A stretch of DNA of 63,790 nt, filler included, from Sandaracinaceae bacterium (GCA_947483975.1; 16 parts of 16 records of this genome joined end to end with filler, not necessarily neighbours in it); one strand, 5' to 3'; positions 10,330 to 21,729 are shown, counted from the whole stretch's first letter. Translations and numbers: made by a program. Notes: a model not told the origin generated them from the sequence alone.

Positions 10330-12056
10330 ATGTCCGAAACGTCCCTCCGCGTGCTGTGCGCCGCGTTTGCAGTCGTCCCCGGCTCGAGCGCGCACGCCCC
10401 CGCGATGTATGGGCTCGCAGCGGCGCTCCACGCGAGCATGGACTTCGTCACGCTCAAGGCCGAGGCGCTGCCGCACCTCGAGCGCTTTGGCCAAGCGCAG
10501 ATGCTCCGCGTGCCCGTCGGCACGGGCCCGAAGACCGCACAGCGCAGCGCGTTCTCGCGCGCGATCCGTCGCCAGATGGAGTCGGAGGCGTACGACGTCG
10601 TGCACGTCCGCGGCCCGGTCGAGGGGCTCGTCGGCCTCGAGATGCGGGCGACGCAGGGCTTCAAGCTGATCTACGAGATGGGCTCGTACCCCGACGAATC
10701 GGACGGCCCCGCGGCTGAGCGAGGCTGGGCCGCCGCGCACATGACCTGCCTCGACGGCGCCGACCTCGTCATCGTCCCGAGCGAGGCCGCGACCCGCGCG
10801 AGCGCGGTGCGGTCCCACGAGCGCAAGCTGCACGTCGTTCAACCGGGCGTCGACGTGGACGCCTACGACTGGCGGGCGTTCACGCGCGAGCCGGGCACAC
10901 CGACCGACACGCGGCTGCTCTACCTCGGCTCCTTCGGCGCGGACCGCGATCTTGGAACGCTGCTCGGCGCCGTGCGCGAAGTGTCGCGCCGCTTCCCAGT
11001 GCGCGTCCTGCTCGCCGGGGAGCCGGACCCAGGACGGCGTCAACGCGTGCGGCGGCTCGTGGCCGCGTTCGAACTGACGAACATCGTGGACGTGCGCGGC
11101 GAGCCACCGCCTCTGCTCGTCCCGCAGATCATCGCCGCCGCGGATCTCTGCCTCGCGCCAGCCGCCGCCTCGCCGCGCTTTCAGGAGCACGGCGACGTGC
11201 CTCAGCCGCTGCTGGAGTACTTCGCCGGACGCCGCGCCGTCGTCGCCGCGGGCGTACCCGCCGTCGGGGAGGTGCTGCGCGACGAGCGGGAGGGGCTGCT
11301 CTACCCGCCTGGCGACCAGGACGCGCTGACCGAGTCGCTCGTCGCGATGCTGCAGGACCCGGCGCTGCGCGAGCGCACCGCGGCGCAGGGCTACGAGCGC
11401 GCGCGGTCACAGCTGAGCGCGGGCGCGCGGCGACGCCGGCTCGTCGAGGTGTACGAAGCGCTCGCCCCCGGCTCTCAGCGCCGCGATCCATGGACCACCG
11501 GCTTCGACAACGAGGGGACGGGGCAGTGGGAGCTTCCGGCCCTCGGCTCGGACGCGACGGGCGCGTTGCTGCTGCGCGAATCGAGGGTCCCGGAGCTCGA
11601 CGCCGAGGTGGACGAACGGCCAGGCGCCCAGGAGACGGAGGTCCTGCTGACGATGAACGGGCCGATGTCGTCGGACGTCCAGCTGCCCTCGGACGAGCAG
11701 CGCTTCTCGGACGACCGCTCCTCGTCGGAGCGCCTGAGCCTCACCTCGGACGCAGCGGACGGCGAGGACCTCGCGGGTCACGCGCCGGACGTCGAGCAGC
11801 TCGTCTCGTTCGACCCACGCTTCGACACGAACCCCGGCGTCGAGAGCGGCGATATCCCCGGCGCCCCCACGGTCATTCGGGAGCAGTTCGACACCTCGCC
11901 CGGCGCGCGCGCTGCCCCTGGCGAGGGAGGGCACCCCGCGACGAGCGAACATCGGCAGGCGCGCGACGCCGGGCCCGGAGAGACGGGCGAGGTCCTGCCC
12001 CCCACGAACCCGGGCACGTCGACGAACGTCGCCACCGCAGACACTGCCCAGCTCGA
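10330..12056 (+). CDS. Glycosyltransferase family 4 with long acidic C-terminal tail, 3' truncated
   Basis: VVQPGVD, LLYLGSF, AADLCLAP, PLLEYFAGRRAVV and EGLLYPPGD GT-B motifs. Confidence 0.85.
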
Positions 12057-12156
12057 NNNNNNNNNNNNNNNNNNNNNNNNNNNNNNNNNNNNNNNNNNNN
12101 TTAATTAATTAANNNNNNNNNNNNNNNNNNNNNNNNNNNNNNNNNNNNNNNNNNNN

Positions 12157-12337
12157 GGGCCAGCGCCTCGGCGTCGGCGAGCGCGTCGAGCCCACCCTCC
12201 GCGAGCGGGTCGGTGTCGGCGTCCGCGTGCGTCGTCGGCTCGTCCGCGCGCACCGCGCTGCTCGGCGCGAGCCCGAGCGACGCGAGCGCGACCCAGACGA
12301 ACGCAGCGAACCGGCGCATCACGACCGACCTTGTCAC
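12157..12337 (-). CDS. Exported protein, N-terminal fragment
   Basis: Signal peptide MRRFAAFVWVALASLGLAPSSAVRA. Confidence 0.5.
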
Positions 12338-12473
12338 GCCCCGCTAGACGCCGCCCGGCCGCGGAGGTTCCCGCCGCAATGCCCTCCGCTTCACGAGCCC
12401 CACATCCCCGCGGCGGGCTGCTATGCTCGGGCCCACGCGTGCCGAGGCGGTGCGCGAAGGAGTGAGGGACGCG

Positions 12474-13721
12474 ATGGGGATCGTCGATTTCATCCGCAAC
12501 GGCGTGCAAGAGATCGTCATTGCGAGGCCGACCGACAAGAAGACCATGCTGGTCTACAAGTGGGCTGACCCGACCATCCCGATGTTCAGCCAGCTGACCG
12601 TCGACGCCGACGAGGCCGCGGTGTTCTTCCGCGATGGCTCGATCGTCGGGACGCTGCGCACGGCGGGCGTCGGGCAGCGGCACACGCTCTCCACGCAGAA
12701 CATCCCGTTCCTCTCGAACTTCGTCGACTCGTTCACGGGCGGTCGGATCTTCAAGACCGACCTCTTCTTCGTCACGACGCGGCCGATCTACGACCTCGCG
12801 TTCGGCGGAGAGCTCGGCCCGGTCGCCGACCCGATGCTCGGTGAGCTCGTCGTGCCGAAGATCTACGGCACGGCGGCGTTCCAGATCATCGATCCCGAGG
12901 CGTTCCTCCTCAAGTACACCGGCATGCGTCAGTCCGGGGCCGATGATCTGAAGTGGATCAAGGGCCTCGTGATGAACAGCATCCGCACCGTCGTCGGTGA
13001 GGTGCTCGTCAGCGAGCAGAAGTCGATGCTCGAGATCCTGCCGCTGCAGTCGCAGCTCGCAGAGCGCTTCATCGCGCGCGCCCCGGATCTCAACGCCATC
13101 GGCGTGAAGATCGTCTCGATGGGCGAGTTCCGCATCAACATCGGCGACGAGGATATGGCCAAGCTCTCCGCCGCGCAGGCCGAGTTTGGCAAGGCGCAGC
13201 GCGCCGCGCGCATCGCGAACATCGGCATCGCCGAGGCCGAGGCGAAGGCCAAGCAGAAGCAGTTCGAGCTCGACCAGTCGTTCCAGAACGAGTCGCGCTA
13301 CGTCCAGCAGCTCGCGGGCGGCGACGTCGGCACCTACGCGGCGAGCCGCGCGATGATCGGCGCCGGCGCCGGCATGGCGAAGGGCGGCGGCGAGGGCGGC
13401 GGCGGGCCGATGATGGCCGGCGCAGGGCTCGGCGTCGGCATGGGCATGGCCGGCATGCTCCAGCAGGGCATGCAGCCGCGCCCGCAGCAGCAGTACGTGC
13501 AGCCGCCCGCCGCGCCCGTCATGGCGGCAGGCGCTGCGGTCGCGGCCGGCGGGGCCAACGTCACCTGCCCCGGCTGCAGCGCCGCCGTGCCTCCGGGCAA
13601 GTTCTGCCAGGAGTGCGGCACGACGCTCGCGCCGCGCCCGAAGTTCTGCCCGTCGTGCGGCACGCAGGGCGCCGCCGCGGCGAAGTTCTGCGCGAGCTGC
13701 GGGACGAGCTTCGGGAGCTGA
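12474..13721 (+). CDS. SPFH/band-7 domain protein with C-terminal double zinc ribbon (YdjI-like)
   Basis: SQLTVDADEAAVFFRDG, HTLSTQNIPFL, GAGLGVGMGM and four CxxC motifs. Confidence 0.85.
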   Translation: MGIVDFIRNGVQEIVIARPTDKKTMLVYKWADPTIPMFSQLTVDADEAAVFFRDGSIVGTLRTAGVGQRHTLSTQNIPFLSNFVDSFTGGRIFKTDLFFVTTRPIYDLAFGGELGPVADPMLGELVVPKIYGTAAFQIIDPEAFLLKYTGMRQSGADDLKWIKGLVMNSIRTVVGEVLVSEQKSMLEILPLQSQLAERFIARAPDLNAIGVKIVSMGEFRINIGDEDMAKLSAAQAEFGKAQRAARIANIGIAEAEAKAKQKQFELDQSFQNESRYVQQLAGGDVGTYAASRAMIGAGAGMAKGGGEGGGGPMMAGAGLGVGMGMAGMLQQGMQPRPQQQYVQPPAAPVMAAGAAVAAGGANVTCPGCSAAVPPGKFCQECGTTLAPRPKFCPSCGTQGAAAAKFCASCGTSFGS

Positions 13722-13807
13722 TCCAGTCCGCTCGTCGGAGTCGAGAGTCCATGTTCAAGAGCGAGCCGGCCCCTGGTCGGCTCGTTCTCTTTGGGGGGAG
13801 GGCGACG

Positions 13808-15112
13808 ATGTTCAAGAAGCTGCTCATCGTGTGTTTGGCCGCGCTTGGCGTGGCGGGTTTCGCTGGCTGTGCCGAGGAAGACCCCTGCCCGACGGGCGGC
13901 GTCGGAACGCTCGTCGTCACCTACGCGGGGCTCCCCGCGGGCGTCACCGGCGAGATCACTCTCGAGGAGGCCACGCCTCTCCTCGTGAGCGCCCCGACCA
14001 CGCTGACCGGCGTCGCGGCGGGTCCCCTGCAGTCGCGCGGCGGGCTCACGACCGCGCCCGATCCGCGGATTCGCACCGTCTACGCCGCGGCACCGCAGGA
14101 CGTCTGCGTGCGCGCAGGCGCGAGCACTCCGCTCACCGTCGTGTGGGCGCCCGTCCCCACCAGCCACCACCTCTGGAGCACGAACGGCAGCGGCGGCACC
14201 GGCGACCTGCTCGGCTTCGTGTCCGAGGACCTCGCGGCGAGCGGCACCGTCCACCCGCAGAGCGTGACCGGGCCGACCGGCGGCGAGGTCGCCTTCGAGC
14301 GCGACGGCAGCTTCTGGGCCCTCGGCGCCAGCACCTCGGACGCGATGCTCGGCCACTACGACGCCAACTCGCTCGGCGCGGCCGCGTCCCCCGATCGCGA
14401 GCTGACCGTCGCTGGGATCGACTGCTTCCCGCGCCTCGCCGCGATGGCCTTCGGTGCCGACGGCGCGCTCTGGGCGAGCTCTTCCTGCGGGAATCGCGTC
14501 GTCCGCCTCACGTCGCACGACCTCGCCTCGGGCGGCACCGTCACGCCGACCGTCACGCTGACCGGCTTCACCTCGCCGAGCGGGCTCGCGTTCGACGCTG
14601 ACGGCAACCTCTGGGTCGCCGACGAAAATGGGCTCCTGCACCGCTTCGACGCCGCCGCGCTCACGGCGTCGACGGGCACTCCGTCGCTGACGCTGACCGT
14701 CAAGAAGACGAGCGACCCGACGAGCACCGCGACGCTCAGCGCCGCCGACCTCGCCTTCGACGCCGACGGCAACCTCTGGGGCAGCGAGTTCGGCGGCAAC
14801 ATCTTCTTCAGCCTCGCGCCGGCCGACCTCACCGCGAGCGGCGCCGCCGACGCCGTCCCGACGGTCCAAGCCACCGTGCCGCTGCGCGCGCTGCTCGAGG
14901 GCATGGCGTTCGACGAAGAGGGCGGCCTGTGGACGACCTACGGCGGCGGCCAGCTCGCGCGCCTCTCGCCCGCGCAGCTCCTCGTGAGCACCAACGCAGG
15001 CTCGCCGACGGTGCCCGAGACGATCGTGCAGAGCCCCGAGATCGGCTACCTCGGCGGCGTCGCGCTCTACCCCGCGCCCGTCGCGCTGCCGCTCTATCAC
15101 AGCCTCCCCTGA
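13808..15112 (+). CDS. Lipoprotein with NHL/beta-propeller repeats
   Basis: FAGC lipobox; repeated (L/M)AFDADGNLW units. Confidence 0.75.
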   Translation: MFKKLLIVCLAALGVAGFAGCAEEDPCPTGGVGTLVVTYAGLPAGVTGEITLEEATPLLVSAPTTLTGVAAGPLQSRGGLTTAPDPRIRTVYAAAPQDVCVRAGASTPLTVVWAPVPTSHHLWSTNGSGGTGDLLGFVSEDLAASGTVHPQSVTGPTGGEVAFERDGSFWALGASTSDAMLGHYDANSLGAAASPDRELTVAGIDCFPRLAAMAFGADGALWASSSCGNRVVRLTSHDLASGGTVTPTVTLTGFTSPSGLAFDADGNLWVADENGLLHRFDAAALTASTGTPSLTLTVKKTSDPTSTATLSAADLAFDADGNLWGSEFGGNIFFSLAPADLTASGAADAVPTVQATVPLRALLEGMAFDEEGGLWTTYGGGQLARLSPAQLLVSTNAGSPTVPETIVQSPEIGYLGGVALYPAPVALPLYHSLP

Positions 15113-15205
15113 GGCCTGCCCGCCGCGCGGCCGTGTATGCCTTCGGCGGAACCGCGCGGCATCCTTGCGCGGAGCGCGCGCGGGTCACTACACTTGCGTC
15201 CGCCC

Positions 15206-16092
15206 ATGCGCTTCTGTCCACGCTGCGGGATCCGTTACGTCGAAGGTGAGCCATATTGCCCGAACGACGGCTCCCCGACGCAGGAGCTTCCCGACGAGGT
15301 GAAGGTCGACTCGTTGCTCGGCACCACCGTCGACGGTCGCTACCAGATCGAGAAGCGCATCGGTGAGGGCGGGATGGGCATCGTCTATCTCGCCAAGCAC
15401 GCGATGCTCGGCAAGAAGCTCGGGCTCAAGGTCCTGCGCGGCGAGATGGCGCGGGACCCCGAGGTCGTGCAGCGCTTCATCACCGAGGCGCAGTCGGCGA
15501 CGTCGATCGGGCACGAGAACATCATCGACATCTCCGACTTCGGTCGGCTGCCGGACGGCACCGTCTACTTCGTCATGGAGTTCCTCGACGGCGAGGCGCT
15601 CACCGACATGATCAAGCGCGGCGGCTCGGTGCCCGTGCGCGACGCGGTGCACATCATCCGGCAGATCGCGAGCGCCCTCGGCGCGGCGCACTCGCGCGGG
15701 ATCGTCCATCGCGACCTCAAGCCCGACAACATCTTCCTGATCAAGCGCGGGGAGGGCGTCCGCAACTTCGTCAAGGTGCTCGACTTCGGCATCGCGAAGG
15801 TCGGCGGCGCGTCGAGCAAGCTGACCAAGACGGGGATGGTCTTCGGAACGCCGCACTATATGTCGCCCGAGCAGGCCGCCGGGCAGACGGTCGATCAGCG
15901 CACCGACATCTACGCGCTCGGCGTGATCATGTACGAGATGTTCGTCGGCAAGGTGCCCTTCGACGCCGACACGTTCATGGGCATCCTGACGAAGCATATG
16001 TTCGAGCCGCCCGTGCCGCCGTCGCAGACGCAGCAGGGCGCGGGCAATCGCCTCGGCGCGCTCGAGGACATCACGCTCAAGTCCCTGCAAAA
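15206..16092 (+). CDS. Ser/Thr protein kinase with N-terminal zinc ribbon, 3' truncated
   Basis: MRFCPRCG...CPNDG; GEGGMG, HRDLKPDN, DFG and GTPHYMSPEQ. Confidence 0.92.
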
Positions 16093-16192
16093 NNNNNNNN
16101 NNNNNNNNNNNNNNNNNNNNNNNNNNNNNNNNNNNNTTAATTAATTAANNNNNNNNNNNNNNNNNNNNNNNNNNNNNNNNNNNNNNNNNNNN

Positions 16193-17671
16193 GAGCCGTC
16201 CGGCGCCGTGCGCTGGGACGTCGTGCTGCAGCCGACGGAGCTGCGGGCGGAGGGCTCGCTCGGGCTGACGGGCGTGCCGCTCGCGCTCTTGCTGCCGCTG
16301 CTGCCGGACGCGCCGCTCTCTCGCCCCGAGGACGCGCGCATCGACGCGGAGCTCGTGGTGCACGGCGAAGGGCTCGAGCGCCTGCTGCTCGACGGGCGCG
16401 TGCGCGTGACCGACATGGCCGTCGCCTCCCCGCGCATCTCGCCGGAGCCCGTGCGCGGCATCTCCTTCGCCGTCGACGGACGCGGCGAGTTCATCCCGGC
16501 GCAGCGCCGCCTCACGATCACCTCCGCGCGCCTCTCGCTCGGCCCCGACCCCGACCGCGCCGCCGTCGTCAACCTCACCGGCACGCTCGAGCGCTCGCGC
16601 GACCATTACCTCGTCGACCTCGTCGCGACGCTGCCCGTCACCGCGTGCGGCGTCGCCGTCGGCGCGATCCCCCACGATCTGCTCGCCGAGCTGAGCGGCT
16701 TCTCGTTCGCCGGGACGCTCTCCGGGCGGCTGCGCGTCCTCGTCGACTCGCGCGACCTCGACGCGACGCGCGTGGAGGTCGGCGTGCAGGACGGCTGCGC
16801 GTTCGAGACGGTGCCGGGGCTCGCGGATCTGCGCCGCTTCGAGGGGCCGTTCATCCATCGCGTCGTCGAGCCCGACGGCACGACCTTCGAGATGGAGACG
16901 GGCCCGGGCACCGCGAATTGGGCGCCGATCTCCGAGATCAGCCCGTTCCTGATCCACGCCGTGCTCGCGCACGAGGACGGCGCGTTCTTTCGCCATCGCG
17001 GCTTCGCGCCGTCCGAGATTCAGGTCGCGCTCGTGCGGAACCTGCGCGCCGGGCGCTACGTGCAGGGCGCGAGCACGATCACGATGCAGCTCGTCAAGAA
17101 CCTCTTCTTGCGCCGCGAGAAGACGCTCGCGCGCAAGGTGCAGGAGGTGCTGCTGACCTGGTGGATCGAGCGAATGCTCGACAAGGCGCACATCCTCGAG
17201 CTGTACCTGAACGTGATCGAGTACGGCCCCTCGATCTACGGCATTCGGCAGGCCTCGGAGCACTACTTCGGGCGCACTCCGGCGGAGCTATCCCCCGGCG
17301 AGAGCGCGTTTCTCGCGACGATCCTGCCGAGCCCGAAGGTCTTCCATCAGGCGTACGTCGACGGCGCGCTCTCGCCGCGCCTCGCGAACCAAGTGCGCGC
17401 GTTCTTGCACCGGATGTTCACGCGCGAGCGCATCGACCAGGCCGCGCTCGACGACGGACTCGCCGAGGTCGACCGCTTCGCGTTCCACGCCGAGGGCGCG
17501 GAGCCGTCCCCGCCGCGCCCCGTCGTCGGTCGGACGCAGGCGCTGCCCTTCGCGCTGCCAGAGGTGTCGCTCGACGCGTGGGGCGACGACCCCTCGGGCG
17601 CGTCCGCTGAAGATGCAGCGCAGTGGTACGACGGTGACGGCACCGACGCCTCTCCCGCGCGCCCCGAGTGA
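16193..17671 (+). CDS. GT51 peptidoglycan transglycosylase domain protein without transpeptidase, 5' truncated
   Basis: HEDGAFFRHRG, GASTITMQLVKN, RKVQE and LELYLN motifs; the ORF ends soon after the TG domain. Confidence 0.85.
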   Translation, partial: EPSGAVRWDVVLQPTELRAEGSLGLTGVPLALLLPLLPDAPLSRPEDARIDAELVVHGEGLERLLLDGRVRVTDMAVASPRISPEPVRGISFAVDGRGEFIPAQRRLTITSARLSLGPDPDRAAVVNLTGTLERSRDHYLVDLVATLPVTACGVAVGAIPHDLLAELSGFSFAGTLSGRLRVLVDSRDLDATRVEVGVQDGCAFETVPGLADLRRFEGPFIHRVVEPDGTTFEMETGPGTANWAPISEISPFLIHAVLAHEDGAFFRHRGFAPSEIQVALVRNLRAGRYVQGASTITMQLVKNLFLRREKTLARKVQEVLLTWWIERMLDKAHILELYLNVIEYGPSIYGIRQASEHYFGRTPAELSPGESAFLATILPSPKVFHQAYVDGALSPRLANQVRAFLHRMFTRERIDQAALDDGLAEVDRFAFHAEGAEPSPPRPVVGRTQALPFALPEVSLDAWGDDPSGASAEDAAQWYDGDGTDASPARPE

Positions 17672-17733
17672 GCGGCCTTGAACGGAGGCGCTCCGGCGTC
17701 TAGAAAGGGCCGTCAGCCTTTTGGGGAGGTGTC

Positions 17734-19911
17734 ATGCGTCGCTCCGTTCGACTCGCCTCGTGGTTCGGTCTCTTCACGCTCGCGCTGACCACGCTCGTGT
17801 CGCGCGCCGAGGCGCAGCGCCCGATTCCCGTGAACATCGAGTCGATCCCCGCAGGGGCGCAGGTGTTCCTCGACGTCGCCTCCGGCGCGCCGCTCTGCGT
17901 CACGCCGTGCCGCACGATCCGCGTCGCGAGCGGCACGCACACGCTGATCTTCAAGCTCGATCGCTACTCGGACGCGCAGGCGACGATCAGCGTCGCGCGC
18001 CGCCGCGAGACCTTCCGCGGGACGCTCAACGCGCTCTCGACGATCTCGGTCAGCAGCGGCAACGACCTGACGAACGGCGCGGCGATCCGCATCGACGGCG
18101 TCCCCGTCGGCAACGTGCCGTACTCGGCGAACGTCGCGCCCGGGCGGCACATGGTGCAGGTCGGGCGCGAGGGCTTCGTCACCTTCAGTCAGTGGGCTGA
18201 GCTCGCGTCCGGGCAGGCGCTGCAGCTGCCCGTCGCCCTCGAGCGCGAGGCGCCGCAGACCGGCTCCGTGCTCGTCGCCGCCGACATCTCCGGCGCGGAG
18301 GTGCGCGTCGACGGGGACCCGCAGCCGCGCGGCACGACGCCGACGTTCATCGAGAATCTGTCGCCAGGGATGCACTCGTTCGAGGTGCGCGCGCCGGGCC
18401 TCCCGCCCCGCACCGAGTCCGTGCTGATCCAGACGGGGCAGCGCGCGGTGCTCAACCTGACGCTGCGCCCCGCCGCGCCGACGGGCGGCACGCTGCGCAT
18501 CCTCGCGAACGCGCCCGGCGCGACCATCAGCGTCGACGGTGAGCTGCTCGGCCCGTCGCCCGCGACCAAGACGAACATCGCGCCCGGCGAGCACATCGTC
18601 GAGGCCGTCGCCGCGGGCTACGAGCGCCTGATGCAGACGGTGACGACCGACGCCGGCGCGCAGCGCGTCGTGTCGCTCGAGCTGCGGCCGCAGTCGCTCC
18701 CGCCCGGGCGCATCGTGGTCAACGCCAACGTCGGCAACGCGCACGTCACCATCGACGGCGAGGACAAGGGGCAGGCGCCGATCGTCATCGAGAACGCGCC
18801 CGGCGGCGGGCACGCGATCGTGATCGCGGCGGCGGGCTTCGAGGAGTTCCGCACGACCTGCGAGATCCGCGCGGGGCAGAACTGCACGGTCGACGCGACG
18901 CTCGTGCCGGTCGGCACGCCGGTGCTCGTCAGCGCCAACGTCGAGGGCGCGGAGCTCTTCGTCGACGGCCACTCGCGCGGCCCGACGCCGTACGAGGGCA
19001 ACCTGCCGGTCGGGCAGCACCAGCTCGAGGTCCGGCTCGCCGGGCACACCTCGTACGTCGCGCAGATCGATCTCGTCGCCGGCACCGAGCGACGTGAGAT
19101 CCCCGCGTTGCTCCATCGCGTCGGCGACGAGGAGCGCGAGCAAGACCGCGTCGACGCCGCGCAGCGCCGCCTGCTCGAGCGCCGCACCGCGATGATCACC
19201 GCCGCCGGTCCGCTGCCGCCGGAGCTCTTCGTCGTCGGGCTCTCGGTCGGCTGGCCGTACGTCGCGGAGATGCGCCTCGGCGTCGGGCTGACCGACTACC
19301 TCGAGGCGGGCTTCACGATCCGCTCGATGTTCGGCCGCGCGACCGAGTTCGAGGGGCGCGTCGAGCTGAGCCGTCGCTTCGCGCCGCAGGTCGCCGCGGG
19401 CGTCGCCGCGCGCCTCGGCGGCGGCATCGGGCCGAGCTACGAGGGCGCTTGTCCCCCGAGCAGCACGACCTGCCCGGCGACGACGCCGAAGCTCAACTAC
19501 ACGATCAACACGTTCTCGTTCTCGCTCGAGGCGCTCTTCTCGCTCTACTTCGGCGCGGGCGCGAGCGTCACCCTCTGGGGCGCGCTCGACTACTACACCG
19601 ATCAATACGGCTGGACGGAGCGCGACAGCGGCGCGGCCCTGCCCGTCGCGACGGGGAGCCTCGTGCCGGACCGCAACTCCGCCGCGCGCTTCCGCATCGG
19701 CGGCGCGATGGAGTTCGTCCTCAGCCGCAACTGGAACGCCTTCGGGCAGCTCGACGGAATCCTCGGCGACGGCAACGGCACCGAGGCCGATCCGAGCGAT
19801 CCGACGGGCGTGATCCGCCGCGGCGCCGGCCGCCGGATGTTCGGCGACTGGCTGATGTTCAGCGCGGACCCCGAGCTGTATCTGCGCCTCGGCGTCACGT
19901 ACAAGTTCTGA
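17734..19911 (+). CDS. Exported multi-PEGA-domain protein with probable C-terminal beta-barrel
   Basis: Signal peptide; about six GA-x-V-x-(V/I)DG...G-x-H repeats; alternating C-terminal strands ending LGVTYKF. Confidence 0.8.
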   Translation: MRRSVRLASWFGLFTLALTTLVSRAEAQRPIPVNIESIPAGAQVFLDVASGAPLCVTPCRTIRVASGTHTLIFKLDRYSDAQATISVARRRETFRGTLNALSTISVSSGNDLTNGAAIRIDGVPVGNVPYSANVAPGRHMVQVGREGFVTFSQWAELASGQALQLPVALEREAPQTGSVLVAADISGAEVRVDGDPQPRGTTPTFIENLSPGMHSFEVRAPGLPPRTESVLIQTGQRAVLNLTLRPAAPTGGTLRILANAPGATISVDGELLGPSPATKTNIAPGEHIVEAVAAGYERLMQTVTTDAGAQRVVSLELRPQSLPPGRIVVNANVGNAHVTIDGEDKGQAPIVIENAPGGGHAIVIAAAGFEEFRTTCEIRAGQNCTVDATLVPVGTPVLVSANVEGAELFVDGHSRGPTPYEGNLPVGQHQLEVRLAGHTSYVAQIDLVAGTERREIPALLHRVGDEEREQDRVDAAQRRLLERRTAMITAAGPLPPELFVVGLSVGWPYVAEMRLGVGLTDYLEAGFTIRSMFGRATEFEGRVELSRRFAPQVAAGVAARLGGGIGPSYEGACPPSSTTCPATTPKLNYTINTFSFSLEALFSLYFGAGASVTLWGALDYYTDQYGWTERDSGAALPVATGSLVPDRNSAARFRIGGAMEFVLSRNWNAFGQLDGILGDGNGTEADPSDPTGVIRRGAGRRMFGDWLMFSADPELYLRLGVTYKF

Positions 19912-20018
19912 AGCCGGCTCGGCACACCTCGACGGCCGCGTACCTCCGGGCGCGCGGCCGTCGTCGTTCCGTCGCCCGCGCTGGCGGCTCAGGGCCGCGA
20001 TCGTGTTAGCGTGACCGC

Positions 20019-20126
20019 GTGAGCCCGGTGCGCGCAGTGGCTTGTGCCTGCCTCGTCGCGTCGCTCGTAGGGCTCGCCCCGACGCAGGCGTCCGCCGACG
20101 AGCCGACGCGCGCCGACGTCGACGAC
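20019..20126 (+). CDS. Exported protein, N-terminal fragment
   Basis: GTG start; hydrophobic signal ending QASA; TG-T-TAGCGT 6 nt upstream. Confidence 0.45.
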
Positions 20127-20226
20127 NNNNNNNNNNNNNNNNNNNNNNNNNNNNNNNNNNNNNNNNNNNNTTAATTAATTAANNNNNNNNNNNNNNNNNN
20201 NNNNNNNNNNNNNNNNNNNNNNNNNN

Positions 20227-20696
20227 CGCGCGGGGGGGGGGGGGGGGGGGGGGGGCGGGGGAGGAGCGATCGTGCCTCCGCGCTCGCCGTGCTCGGTGCC
20301 GCCGACCTGCCCGTCGAGATCACCCGCGACGGGTCCGCTCGGGGCAGCGTCGGGGAGCGGCGCGTCGGACTCGTCGGGACGCTCGTTGCGAATCTGCTCG
20401 GGCGCGACGAGGTTCGGCGGAGGAGGCGCGCTCCGTGGAGGCGGCGGGCGGCGCGGCGTCGAGGCGGGAGGAGGCGGGGGAGGCGGAGGCGGAGGCGGGG
20501 GAGGCGGAGGCGGAGGCGGAGGCGCGAACTCGACCTGCGCGAGGTCGTCCTGACGCACCGCCGCGTGCGTCGCCGCGGTCGCCGCGACGATCAGCCCGCC
20601 GACGAGCCCGTAGACGGCGATCGCGCTCACGAGCGACGCGCCGAAGCGCTTCGTCGCCGTCTTCGCCTGGCCGTCAGTCTGGTAGTCGTCGAACAC
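20227..20696 (-). CDS. TonB-like proline-rich membrane protein, 3' truncated
   Basis: GTG start with GAGGGG RBS; one TM helix, poly-Pro tracts and GxxGG segment typical of energy transducer TonB N-halves. Confidence 0.6.
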
Positions 20697-20862
20697 GGTA
20701 GCTCCCCTCAGCGCACGCATGGCGGCGAACGCGAGGACTACCTACGGACACCCCGTGACGGCTGCGTGACTCTGCGGCGAGGCTTCGTGACGCCGCCGTG
20801 CCGTTGCACCACAGCGCGCCACGCAGCGCCGCTCCGGTCGTCAAATTGGTCGGAGAACGTCC

Positions 20863-21729
20863 TCAGAGCGTGCCGCGCAGCGAGAGCAGCGCGCCGCCCG
20901 CGAGCGAGCGCACCCCGAGCTCGAGGCGCGCGGCGACCTGCGCCGGGGCGCGCCCCGGGGGCGGTGAGTCGCTGTCGTGCGTGAGCACGAGGTAGACGCC
21001 GAGCGCGGTAGTCGCCGCGCCGACGACCACCCCGAGGTCGGCGAGCAGAGAAAACAGGGTATCGCTGGAGAGCGCGGAGTCTGCGGAGGTCGGGCAGAAC
21101 GTGCTGTCGCCGACGTCGTGACAGAGCGCGGCGGCGTCGCTGCGCGCGCCGAGCGCCATCACGCCGAAGACCACGCCCGCGACGGCGAGCGCGCCGCCGC
21201 CGAGCGTCAGCGTCCAGCCGAGCACCGGGGGCGCCGGACCGTCCGGCGCGGCGTGCCCGCGCTCGTTGCGCATCGTCGCGGCGGCCGCTGCTTCGGCCGC
21301 GCTCTGAGCGATGCGCTCCTGATCGGCGCGCCGCTCGGACTCCTCCCGCTGCTGCCGGGCGACGCGGTCTTCGAGCCCGCGGATGCGGCGCTCGATCACG
21401 GGGCGCTCGTCGTCTGGCGCGTCCTCGAGGTAGTAGCGGAGGTTCTCGAGCGCCTCGCTCAAGAGACCGAGGCGCTCCTTCGCGTTGGCGATGTTGTAGA
21501 GGAGGAGCGGGCGCGCGCTGAGGCCATACGCCTGCTCGAAGGCTGCGACCGCCTCCTCGTAGCGGCCCTCTTCGTACGCCGCCTCGCCCTGCTCGAAGAG
21601 GGCGCGCGCCTGCCGCTCGCGTGGGTCGCCGCGGCGCTGCGCGTGCGCGCCGAGCGGAGCGGCGAGCAGGGTCAGCGCCAGCGTGAGCGTGAGGGCGAGG
21701 GGTGCGAGTGCTCGGGTCATCAGTTCCAT
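20863..21729 (-). CDS. Exported TPR protein with C-terminal membrane segments
   Basis: ARALFEQGEAAYEEGRYEEAVAAFEQAY...LLYNIA; two hydrophobic C-terminal segments. The true start may be ATG 21720. Confidence 0.8.
   Translation of the reverse strand: MELMTRALAPLALTLTLALTLLAAPLGAHAQRRGDPRERQARALFEQGEAAYEEGRYEEAVAAFEQAYGLSARPLLLYNIANAKERLGLLSEALENLRYYLEDAPDDERPVIERRIRGLEDRVARQQREESERRADQERIAQSAAEAAAAATMRNERGHAAPDGPAPPVLGWTLTLGGGALAVAGVVFGVMALGARSDAAALCHDVGDSTFCPTSADSALSSDTLFSLLADLGVVVGAATTALGVYLVLTHDSDSPPPGRAPAQVAARLELGVRSLAGGALLSLRGTL

Noticed and set aside
20232..20255. 24-nt poly-G run as a phase-variation tract or G-quadruplex
   Set aside because: It lies at a contig end inside a poly-Pro coding stretch, so a sequencing or assembly artefact is likely.
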